A stretch of 64,000 nucleotides of DNA from positions 97,838,001-97,902,000 of the forward strand of contig NC_086108.1 in assembly GCF_963921235.1 (NCBI RefSeq). The letters are read 5' to 3'. Within the stretch, counting starts at the first letter, position 1, and each line of letters starts with the position of its first letter. The notes below the pieces were generated by a model. It did no database searches, was not told the DNA's origin, and was given only the letters and a program-made list of their open reading frames with translations. Source of the stretch: Mobula hypostoma. Taxonomy: Eukaryota. This document shows, piece by piece, positions 21,630 to 32,937 of the stretch. The position numbers were made by a program, and so were the translations under genes.

Positions 21630-24240
21630 CTCTACGGTGTCATCTCAACCTCCAAGCCACTCACTCCGGTTGTTTCTTTATTGTCACTGGTGACTTCAAT
21701 CACGCCAATTTAAGAACAGTCCTGCCAGAGTTCTACCAGCCTGTCAACATCGCAAGTACAGGAGAGAAGGTATTAGACCTGGTCTGGATCAATTTTCCTA
21801 GAGCCTGCAAGATTGCACCCCATCCCCACTCGGACACTCAGACCACATATACCATAACACATAGGAACAGAATTAGGCCATTCAGCCCATCGAGTCTGCT
21901 CTACCATTCCATCGTGGTTGGTCACAGATCCCACTAAACCCCATACACCTGCCTTCTAGCCATAACCTTTAATGCCCTGAGCAATTAGGAAACCATCAAT
22001 TTTCACTTTAAATATACCCACATTCTTGGCCTCCACAGCTGTCCGTGGCAGAGTAGTCCATAGATTCACTAATCTCTGGTTTAAAAAAAATTGCTCCTTA
22101 CCTCTATCATTAACAAGGTTCCCACAAAATTGCTGCTCATGGATGTTTTTTTTTTGGCTTTCACACCATTATCTGTAAACACTAGAGACTGTTGTGCATG
22201 AAACTCCCAGGAGATCTGCAGCTTCTGAGATACTCAAACCTCCCTGTCTGGCACCAACAATCATTCCACAGTCAAAATCACTTGGATCACGTTTCTTCCC
22301 CATTCTGATGTTTGGCCTGAACAACAACTGAACCCCTTGATCATGTCTGCATCCATTTTGCTAATGCCTATGTACAGACCCCTGGTTAACCGAGTCAAAG
22401 CAGTTCACAGAAAGATCAGGACCAGGCCAGAAGATGCCACCTCAGCACTGCAGAACTGTTTTGAAAGCACAGACTGAAACATATTCAGAGAGGCAGTTAC
22501 CTACATTTATCACGTCACCATTGTTGAATATATGGGATCGAGATATGGCTACATGGGAAAATGCATTGAGGACGTTACTGTGATTAGACACTACGCTGCC
22601 AGGGTAGACCAGAAACAAGGGCTGACTGCAGAGGTTCATGCACTGCTTAGGGACCAGGGTGCTACCTTCAGATCAGGGAATAAGACAACTCTTGAGGTCA
22701 ACGAGAGCCACGCACTCACGTGACTTCAGGAAGGCAAAGCAAGGGAACTCAGAAAATTGACAGTCACTCTTGTGACATCAAGGAGCACACAGAGCATACG
22801 ACAAGGTATAAAACCCATAACAAACTACAAGTCCACCCTGCACGTCAACAACAGTGCCACCCAACTTCCTGAAGGCTAAATGCCTTGTCTGCTCAATTTG
22901 ACACATGGAATGATGTGACAGTGAGGAAAGCCCCCTCTCACCCTGAGGAACAGGCACCCTGCCTGGTCACAGCGAAGGTGAGGAGGACCATAGCCACTGT
23001 AAAGAGAGCAACGACAACTGGCTTAAACGATTACTGCCCAGTAGCACCGACCTCAGCAATCATGAAGTGCTTTGAGTGGCTGATAATAGAGCATATAACA
23101 TCCCACCTTCCAGCTACATTGGACCCTTTCCTGCTCGCCTAGTACTCAAACCAGTCCACTGATGATGCCTCAGACCCAATCTTCCACTCCATCCTGTCCC
23201 ATCAAGGAAACGCCGGGATGCTGTTCATCGACTTCATCTCGGAGTTTAACACTATCACCCCTCAGATGCTGTTGGTAAACTTTCCTCGTTGGGATTCAAC
23301 ATCCCTCTCTGTAACTGGGTGTTGGACCTCTTGATGGATCCCAGTCAGTCTGAGTTGGCAGCAACATCTCAGGCTCCATCACACTGGGCACTGGTGCCAT
23401 CCAGGGCTGTGAGCTCGGCCGCTACGGTTCATACTGCTGACTTAAGACAGCACCGTCAAATCCAGCTCAAGGCTCATGGCGGGGGGAGAGAGAGCAGCGC
23501 GCCGCTCGTGCGCAGCCCTCCGGTGAAAAATGATATCGTATCCGTTAAATAGGGGCTGTGGTCAATTCTGATTTGATGGAGACAGATGTGAAAGCACAGA
23601 GGAACATCTGGAGAAATTTCTGAAACGCTCGTTCGCTGCTGTCGTCACTGCGCGGTCGGGAATCTTCCGGAGGGAAGGCCTCAAAATCCTCGGCTTCGCC
23701 TGCTGTTGGCAACCGAGATTGAGGTCGATTCGTTCAGACAGAGATGGCGCTCAGCACTCGGTGTCAGAGAGCTGATTTGGAGGCTCGAAGTTTTCGGATG
23801 ACTCAGAGACGGATTGTGGTCGGGCATGGTAGGGAGAGTTTTTCTTCCTTCTCCCGTCTGCGTGAGATGTGGGACATTTGAGAAACTTTGAACTTTACTG
23901 TGCTCACGGACTTCTTCATCAAGTTATGGTATTGTTGCACTGTTGTAACTATACGTTATAATTATGTGGTTTTGTCAGTTTTTTCAGTCTTGGTCTGTCC
24001 TGTGTTTTGTGATATCACACCCAAGGAAATATTGTATCATTTCTTAATGCATGCATTACTAAATGACAATAAAAGAGGACTGTGTATCTTCATAATCTAA
24101 AAAAAAATGCATCAGCGAGTTCACTGATGATACAACAGTGATTGATCTCATCGCCAACAATGATGAGTCAGCATACAGAGAGGAGGTGGAGGTGCTTATC
24201 AAATAGTGTGAGAACAATAATTGCAGTCCTCCTCCACAAT
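21630..24240 (+). mobile_element. Old Rex/Babar LINE (endonuclease to RT) with nested CR1 tail, Tc1 fragment and retroposon
   Basis: GDFNHANL endonuclease motif at about 21690; ORF 22885-23142 (LNDYCPVAPTSAIMKCFEWL); FTDDTTV at 24120; insertions at about 21855-22355 and 23476-24106. Confidence 0.75.
23476..24106 (+). mobile_element. Young CpG-rich non-autonomous retroposon
   Basis: No conserved ORF; tail actaaatgacaataaaagaggactg...cataatctaa; related copy at 31746-32436 (-). Confidence 0.7.
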
Positions 24241-26295
24241 CTCCATCAGCACGGGTGCACCACAGGGCTGTGTTCTTCACTCGCTGCTCTACTCACTTCA
24301 TACTTATGACTGAGGCTAAGCACAGTTCAAAGGTTCAAAGGTTCAAAGGTCAAGTTTAATGTTAGAGAAATGTATACAATATACATCCTGAAATGATTTT
24401 TCTTCGCAAAACAATGCCATATTCAAGTTTGCTGATGATAGCACTGTTGCTGGCCAAATCAAAGGTGGTGACAAATCAATATATAGGATTTTTTTTGAAA
24501 AGTCTGGCTGAGTGGTGCCACAACAAAAACCACTCACTCAATGTCAGCAAGACCAAGGAGCTGATTATTGACTACAGGAAGAGGAAACAGGAGGTCAATG
24601 AGTCAGTCCTCATCGGGGAATCAGAGGTGAAGAAGGTCAGCAACTTTAAATTCTTTGGTGTTATCATTTCAGAGGATTTGTCCTGGGCCAGCACATAAGT
24701 GTAGTTACAAAGAAAGCATAACAGTGCCTCTACTTAGGAGTTGGTGAAGATTTGGCATGGCATCTAAAACTTAAACTTCTATAGATGTGTGGTGGAGTGT
24801 ATATTAACTAGTTGTATCATGGCCTGGTATGAAAACACCATGCCCTTGAATGGAAAATCCAACAAAAAGTAGTGGATATGGCCCAGTCCATCACTGGTAA
24901 AATCCCTCCCTTCCACTGAGCACTTCCACACAAAGCTTTGTCGCAGGAAAGCAGCATCAATCATCAGGGGCCCCACCACCCAGGACATCCTCTCTTCTCG
25001 CCGTTGCTATTGGGAAGAAGGTTCAGGAGCCTCACATCTCACAGGTTCAGGAACAGTTATCACCCCTCAACCATCAGGCTCTTGAACCAACCGGGATAAC
25101 TTCACTCAGCTTCACTTGCCCCATAACTGAACTGTTCCCACAACCTGTGGACTCACTTTCAAGGACTCTTCACCTCATTTCTTGATATTTATTGCCTATT
25201 TTTTTCTCTTTTATATTTCCACAGTTTGTTGTATCTAGCACATTGTTTGTTTTTCCACCCTGTAGGATGCAGTCTTTCATTGATTCTTTCTTGGATTTCT
25301 TGTGAATGTCCCCAAGAAAATGAATCTCAAGGTTTAATACAGTGATATGTATGTAGTTTGATAATAACTTTGAACTTTGAACTTTGAACCTGAGTCTCAA
25401 CGTGGACAAAAAAGATGATTGTGGACTTCAGGAACAAGTTGTAGCGTCCTTGATAGTAAGTCTGTAGGCTGTGCAACCAGATCAGTGGCTGAATCAATGG
25501 CTTTGTAGTGGAGTGAGTAAAGAGCAAAAAGTTCCTTGGAACTCAGCAGGCCAGGCAGCATTGATGGAAAAAAGTACAGTCAGCATTTCAGGTCAAAACC
25601 GAAGGGTCTTGGTTCCTCCTCCAGCTTTTTGTGTTTGTTGCTCAGATTTCCAGCATCTGCAGATTTTCCCTTGTTTGCAAAAATTTCCTTGGTGTGCATA
25701 TAACAGATGATCTAACCCGGACCAACAACACCTCCTCATTAGTCAAGAAGGTGCAGCAGCATCCAAGCTTTCTGAGGAGATTGAGGAATGCACTTCTCCC
25801 CACTCCCAGTCTAACAACTTTCTACAGCAGCACCGTCAAGAGCATCCTGTCTGGCTGCATCGTTGTGTGGTACAAAATCTGAAGAGGGGATCACTAGTGT
25901 CTCCTTTCCCCTCAGAGCATTGTATGTGAAAGATTCAATCATCCCTACCACCCATCCCACAATATTTTTGACCCACTACCGTGAGGAAGAATCATCAGGA
26001 CTAGGACTGCCGGACTGGGTAACAGCTTCTTCCCCCAGGTTATGAGACAAATGAATATCCTGCCACTACCGAGATCTCGTCACTACAACAGAGAATTGTT
26101 TACTGTTTATTGTTTACCTGATCTGCACACCTTACGTGCATTTTGAATTATATTTTACTAACTTCTTTGTGGTAATATTTTGTTTTATGTGTTTTGTGTG
26201 TTATACATATTGTGGGTGCACCGTGGTGTGGGGAATGCTGTATCATTTGATTTTATTTATATGTACAGACAGTTGAAAATAAACTTGAACTAGAA
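24240..26295 (+). mobile_element. Two Rex/Babar LINE 3' fragments in tandem
   Basis: ORF 24393-24698 (LNVSKTKELIIDYRK...FKFFGVIISEDLSW) and ORF 25631-25882 (FLGVHITDDLT...KSILSGCIVVWY); (actttga)n tail at 25367-25389. Confidence 0.8.
25540..25676. mobile_element. Fold-back Penelope pLTR mini-insertion (partly deleted)
   Basis: TSD gcaaaaagttccttgg (25524-25539) / gcaaaaatttccttgg (25677-25692), 15/16; - and + pLTR pieces joined head-to-head. Confidence 0.7.
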
Positions 26296-26442
26296 CTGAA
26301 TGGACAAACAGCCAATGTGCAAAAGACAACAAATACAAATATGCAAATATAAAAAGCAAAACAAAATAAAAATAATAATAATAAATACATAATTTTGAGA
26401 ATGAATTGTGGAGTCCTTGACAGTGAGTCCACAGGTTGTGGA

Positions 26443-27518
26443 ATCCTTCATTAGGACTGGAATGGAAGGGGCTAGAAGCCAGAAGAAGATGAGGAAGTGG
26501 AAGGAATAGAAGCCGGCAGGTGATAGGTGAGACCAGGTGAGGGGGAAGGTGGGTGGGTGGAGGAGGGGGGGTGAAGTGAGAAGCCGGGAGGGGATAGGTA
26601 GAAGAAGTAAATGGCTGAGGAAGAAGGGAGAGCGGACCATAGAAGAAAGGGAAGAAGGATAACTGGAGGGAGTTAATGGGTAAGTGAGGAGAAGAGAAGG
26701 AATGAGAGGTTAACTAGAATGGGGAATGGGAAAAAGAGAAGAGTGGAGGGAGAGTAGTGACTGGAAGTTAGAGATTATCAATACTCATCCACCTAGGTTG
26801 GATACTACCCAGACAGAAATGAGATGTTGCTCCTCCAACCTGAGTGTGGCCTCATCGTGGCAGTAGAGGAGGACATGGACAGATATGTCAGAATGGGAAT
26901 TGTAAGTTAAATTGGAATTGGTAGCCACTGGAAGATCCTACCTTTTGTGACAGACAGAGCGAAGGTGCTCAATGAAGCAATCCCCCAAACTATGCCATGT
27001 CTCAATGATGCATGGAGAGCACCAGATACAGTAGATGACCCTGAAAAACTCACAGGTAAACTGAACCAATTTCTCCAACTTCCGGTAATTTCTCTCCCCT
27101 CCACTTGTCTCTTTTTTATCTATTCCCCGTTCTGGTTACCTCCTCACCCCTTCTTTCCTCCTCATCTGCCCATCACCTCCCTCTAGTGCCCCTCCTCCTT
27201 CCCTTTCTCTCATGGTCCACTGTCCCCTCCTATCAGATTCTTTCTTCTTCAGCCCGTTACTTCTTCCACCTATCATCTCGCAGCTTCTTACTACATTCCC
27301 CTCCCCCACCCATCCACCTTTCCTGTCCCGCGGTTTGACCTATCACCTGCCAGCTTGTACTCTTTTCCCTTCCACAGCTTCTTTTACTGGCTCCTGCCCC
27401 CTTCCTTTCCAGACACAATGAAATATATTTCAGCCCAAAATATTGACCGTTTATTCATCTCCATAGATGCTGCCTGGCTTGCTGAGTTCCTCCAGCACTT
27501 TGTGTGTGTTGCTCTGGA
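26443..27518. mobile_element. Penelope-like element 3' region in inverted (head-to-head) arrangement
   Basis: 26443-27060 is homologous to 62410-63035 (- strand); 27061-27518 is the same 3' region on the + strand, ending gatgctgcctggcttgctgagttcctccagcactttgtgtgtgttgctc. Confidence 0.75.
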
Positions 27519-28124
27519 AAGTTGTATGCCCTATTGTAGGAAGGATGAGTTGAAGAAGAGAGGGTGCAGACAAGATTCACAATGATATTGTGGAACTGGA
27601 GGTATTGAGTTACGAGGAGGAAAATGGTTAAGCTGGGACAGTGTTCCCACAGAGCGGTGGGTACATTTAGACAGGTTCTTGGATAGGGAAGGTTTACAAG
27701 GAGCTAGTTACAATGCAGGCAGATGGGACTAGCCGAAGAAGGCACCTTCATCGCATTAACAAGTTGGGCCAAGTGGATTTTTCTGTACTGTATAACATAA
27801 CTCTGTGATGACATGTCAGTGCATGACCTCCTCTAATGTCGTGATGAGGCCACACTCAGGTTGGAGGTACAACATCTTATCTCATCTAGATAGCTTCCAA
27901 CCTGATGGCATGAACATTGATCTCTCAAGTTTCTGGTAATTCCACCCCCTCCTTCCCATTTTCCTCTCTCACCTCATGTCAAGTATAGCATTTATAATAG
28001 GTTTGGACAAGGAAAGATTTCGAGGGATACATGCCAATTGCAGGCAAATAGGACTAGATCAGGAAGGCACCTTGGTTAGCATGGATGTTGGGCTGAAGGG
28101 CCTGCTTTCATGCAGTATGAGTCA

Positions 28125-28900
28125 TTCATCCCTCCCAACTAATCTCCCTCTTGGCACTTAACCCTGCAAGCAGCCTAAGTACTACACCTGCCCATACACC
28201 TTCTCCCACACCTCCACTCAGGGCCCCAAACAGTCCTTCCAGGTGAGGCAACACCTCACCTGCAAATCTGCTGGGGTTGTCTGTTGTGTCCCGTGCTCCC
28301 GACGTGGTCTCCTCTACATTGGTGAGACCCGTTGCAAATTGGGAGATCTGCTCCATCCGCCACAAGTAGAACTTCTCAGAGGCTAAACATTTTTGTTATA
28401 ATTCCCACGTGCCGGTCCATGGCTCCTTGTGTGCCAAGATGAAGCCACATCAGGGTGGAGGAACAAAACCTTATATTCAATCTGATGGCATGAAAATTGA
28501 TTTTGCCTTCTGATGGACAAATTTCAACAACCCCCTTCCTCTATTCCCCACTCTGACCTTTTACTCTTCTCACCTGCCTATTACTTCCTCTTGGATCCTC
28601 TTCTCCTTCCCCTCCTCCTATGGTCCACTCTCTTCTCCTATCGGATTCCTTCTTCTCCAGCCCTGGACCTCTCCCATCCATTTGGCTTCACCTATCACCT
28701 TCCAGCTACTATCTTTCCCCTCCCCCTCCCCAACTTTTAATTCAGGCATCTTCGCCCTTCCTTCTCAGTCCTGAAGAAGGGTCTCATCCCAAAATGACTG
28801 TTTACTCTTTTCCATAGATGCTGCCTGACCTTCTGAATTGCTCCAGCATTTTGTATGTGTTACTTTGGGTTTCTAGCATCTGCAGACTGTCTTGTGTTTG
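28125..28900 (+). mobile_element. Penelope-like element: GIY-YIG remnant and pLTR
   Basis: + frame reads FQVRQHLTCKSAGVVCCVPCSRRGLLYIGETRCKLGD; degenerate hammerhead cagtc-CTGAAGA-agggtctcatccc-aaaat-gactg at 28766-28800. Confidence 0.8.
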
Positions 28901-28919
28901 TGTATGAGTCTGTCTTCAT

Positions 28920-29310
28920 CAGCATGTAGTGTAGTGGTTAACCTGATGATATTCAAAGTTCAAAGTAAATTTACTACCGAAGTACATATGTATCACCATA
29001 TACAACGCTGAGATTCATTTTCTTGTGGGCATACTCTCTAAATCTATAGAATATAGACCACCTCAGGGCATTGAAGTTCAGAGCTCAATTCCTGCCACTG
29101 CCTGTAAGGAGTTTGTCCTGTTTCCCTCTGCCATGGGGGTTTCCTCTGGGTGCTCTGGTTTCCTCCCACACTCCAAAGACATACCGGTTAGTAGGTCAAT
29201 TGGTCATTGTAAATTGCCCCATGATGAGGCTAAGATTAAATTGGTGGGTTGCTGGGCAACGCGGCTTGAAGGGCTGTTCCACCCCATAGCTCCAGAAAAT
29301 AAATAAATAA
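28920..29310 (+). mobile_element. V-SINE with CR1-like tail, interrupted by a LINE tail
   Basis: tagtgtagtggtta head; V-domain at 29100-29220 homologous to 8820-8940. Confidence 0.65.
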
Positions 29311-29544
29311 GAATTTTAAAACATCGCCAATTACACGGACCTTGGCAAATGAAGATGACTAAGGACTGATCCAGTTCATGTGACTTAATCTTCATTGTTT
29401 GATTTATACAGAGAGCCAGAATCAAAGGTGTCTTTGCTAGTGTTGGATCCTTGTAGCCAGCAATGTAGGAGTTAATACCAAGCTACATCAAGATCCCAGT
29501 GTCAAACAATGAAGTGAAAACCCCAAAAACCACAGACGAGCCTC

Positions 29545-30118
29545 CACTCAAGTGGAAAATTTACGAGGTATCTCCTGCACCTAATAAAGTGACCACTGAG
29601 TGTATGTTTGTGGTTACCTGCTGCTGTAACCCATCCACTTCAGCGTTCGATATGCTGTGCATTCAGAGATGCTCGTCTCTGCACACCACTGTTGTAACAC
29701 AAGGTTATTTGAGTTACTGTCACCTTCCTGTCAGTTTGAACTAGTCTGGCCATTCTCTTCTGACCTCTCTCATTAACAAGGTGTTTTCACCCACAGAACT
29801 GCTGCTCACTGATGTTTATTTTCTGTTTTTCGCACCATACTTTGTAAACTCTAGGGACTGTTGTGCGTGAAAATCCCAGGAGATCAGCAGTTTCTGAGAT
29901 CCTCAAACCACCCCTTCTGGCACCAACAATCATTCCATAGTCAAATTCACTTAGATCACATTTCTTCCGCATTTAGTTATTCAGTCTGAGCAACTAGTGA
30001 CCATCTTACCCGCATCTGCATGCTTTTATGCATTGAGTTGCTGCCACATGATTGGCTGAATAGATATTTGCATTCAGAGCAGGTGTACAGGTGTACCTAA
30101 TAAAGTGGCCTCTGAGTG
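29545..30118 (-). mobile_element. Tc1-like internal-deletion derivative
   Basis: ORF 29787-29972 (MRKKCDLSEFDYGMIVGARRGGLRISETADLLGFSRTTV), transposase N-terminal HTH; TIR acctaataaagtggcc(a/t)ctgagtg. Confidence 0.85.
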
Positions 30119-31164
30119 CATATGACTCTTAAAATAGTCCACTTTGCAATGCGAATACTGGTGGTGGTTTGTTTCTTAGTTAAACAAAGATGCTGACACA
30201 CTAATACTGACACCAAATCTATGTTTAATGGGAAATATATAATATACTATTCAACGGACGATGGATTGAAGTTTTCCCAACAAATTACCACTGATGAACA
30301 TGGCAGCAAAGTTTTCCATGTTGGTCAAACTGCTAATGAGAAGTCAAGAGATTTCTGTGCCTCCCTCAGACTACAAAGAAAATATTATGAAATGATTACG
30401 GCTGAGATTAATCTTGCTAATGACACGGCGGCTTCCAGTGAGACCCTGAAGCACACAGCACCTAGTCCTTCTTAGACACTTGCTTCATATCGTAACCTGC
30501 TTGAAGTGCTGTTCTAAGCAGGCTGGCCAATGTACCACCGGCTTGACACTCAAAATGCAAATCAGCGACAAAGCTGATTAATAATGAGAGCAAATTCGAG
30601 CAGCGGGGAAAAAGTGCATACATTAAAGGGAGATCTGAACAACTGCTTGGGAATCCAGCAGCCACCCTGATGTCCTCAATTAGGACGAGTGACATTCACA
30701 GTATATGTTACTTTAATAAAGCCCTCACTATGTATTCAAAAGCACACGATTCCAACATTGTTAACATTTTAATGTACTGGGCGTGTCTGGTAACACTAAT
30801 TGCCAGCTGATTTGGTGGGCTGCTGAATCTCTGTGATGCCCTGCTCTAAAACGAAATCTGAGCTCCAGCTTAGGACGGTAACATCAAAAAAACATAATAA
30901 GGAATATCTACTGAACAGTACAAGGTTCAAATATACTTCTTCCCTAAGATCCTCAAACGCAAGGCAAAGAGTCTACTTAATGAGTTTTAAAGTGGACGCA
31001 TATCGATGTAGCTTTCCCGAAGCAGAGGAAATATCAGATAGAATACCAGGCTTTTATAAATCCTATATTCCTCATCTTAGAGCAAGCAATGGAAGATTAA
31101 TGTCTGCAGGCAATCTGTTAGTAATCAGGTCTTAAATCAATTGCTTGTGCAAAATGCAGGTATT

Positions 31165-31714
31165 CACTCAGTGGCCAATTTATTAGGTATCTCCTGTACA
31201 TAATGTATGTGAGAGTTTGTTGTAGCCTTCTGCTGCTGTAGCTCATCCACTTCAAGGTTCAGAAATACTCTTCAGCAAACCACTGTTGTAATGTGTGGTT
31301 ATTTCCTTTACTGTTAATTTCCTATCAGTTTGAACCAGTCTGGCCATTCTCCTCTGACCTCTCTCAGTAACAAGACATTAATAAGACTGACAAAACTACC
31401 AGCCATTGGATATATTTCGTTTCTTGCACCATTTTCTGTAAACTCTAGAGACTGTTATGGGTGAAAATCTTAGGAGATCAGCAGTTTCTGAGATACTCAA
31501 ACCACCCTGTCAGGCACCAACAATCATTCCAATGTCAAAGTCACTTAGATCACTTCTCACCTCCATTCTGATATTTGATCTGAACAATAACTAAAACCTC
31601 CTGACTATGTCTGATTGCTTGTATGCATTGAGTTTCTGCCACATGATTGGCTGATTAGATAGTTACATTAACGAGCAGATGTACAGGTGTACCTAATAAA
31701 GTGACCACTGAGAG
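31165..31714 (-). mobile_element. Tc1-like internal-deletion derivative
   Basis: TIRs cactcagtggccaatttattaggta / tacctaataaagtgaccactgagag followed by TA; colinear with 29545-30118. Confidence 0.85.
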
Positions 31715-31745
31715 TAGAACATGTCTTGTATGATGCCAAGAAAAT

Positions 31746-32436
31746 TAGATTTAGATTTAGATTATGAGGACACGCAGACCTCTTTTATTGTCATTTAGTA
31801 ATGCATGTATTAAGAAATGATACAATGTCTCTCCAGAATGAAATCACAGAAACACAAGACAAACCGACTGAAAAACTGACAAAAACCACGTAATTATAAC
31901 ATACAGTTACAACAGTGCAAAGCAATACCGTAATTTGATGAAGAACAGACCATGGGCACCGTAAAAAAAAGTCTCAAAGTCTCTCGAAAGTCCCATCATC
32001 TCACGCAGACGGTAGAAGGAAGAAAAAAAACTCTTCCTGCCATGAGTTTCCAGCACCGCAAACTTGCCGATGCAGCATCCTGGAAGCACCCGACCACAGC
32101 CAACTCTTGAGTCCATGCGAAAACTTTGAGCCTCTGACCAGCCCTCCGACACCAAGCACCGAGCACCATCTCTGCCGAGTGCTTTGACCCCGGCCCCGGT
32201 AACAGACAATAGGCAACGCCAAGGATATGGGGCCTACCCCTCCGGAGATTCTTGATCGCACAGTAGCAGCGGCAGCGAAGCGGGCATTTCAGAAGTTTCT
32301 CCAGGTGTTCCTCCGTGCTTCTCACGTCTGTCTCCATCAAATCAGGATTGTACACGGCACCCCTAGTTAACACATACGATATCATTTCGGAGCAGCCGCA
32401 CGCGCTGTGTCACGCCGCCATCTTCTCCTCCCCCTC
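31746..32436 (-). mobile_element. Young CpG-rich non-autonomous retroposon
   Basis: Related to 23476-24106; (TCTAAA)n tail; possible TSD agaaaat. Confidence 0.7.
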
Positions 32437-32937
32437 CTATGAGAAAATATCAAAATATTGTGACTTAATGTTCACTTACTTTACTTACGCTAAGATTATA
32501 GGATTCCACGTTGTACCTTGTTGTATTTATACCAGATATCCAATGGGTAAGACCAGAGGACGTCTTCCTAAAGTGAGTGCAAGTAAGTGTGCTGGAAATG
32601 TCAGAGGTGGGGTTTTTGCACAGAGAGTAGTGGGTGTGTGGAATGCACTGCTAGGAGTGGTGGTGGAGGTTGATACATTAGGGATTTTTTAAAAAGGCGC
32701 ATGGATAAAATAAAAATGGAAGGTTTGGGCTGTGTACAAGTGAAGGGTTAAACTGATTGTGGACTGAGATGAAAGGTCAGCACAACATTGTAGGCCAGAG
32801 GGCCCACACTGTGCTGTACTGCTCTATGTTCTCTGTTCCATGTTCTATTTTCTAGAACTGGGACAATTGGAGCATTCAGTACTGACACGGATAGATTACA
32901 GAGAGGTAAGGTGTGTAAATGCATTTGGGGTACAGAT

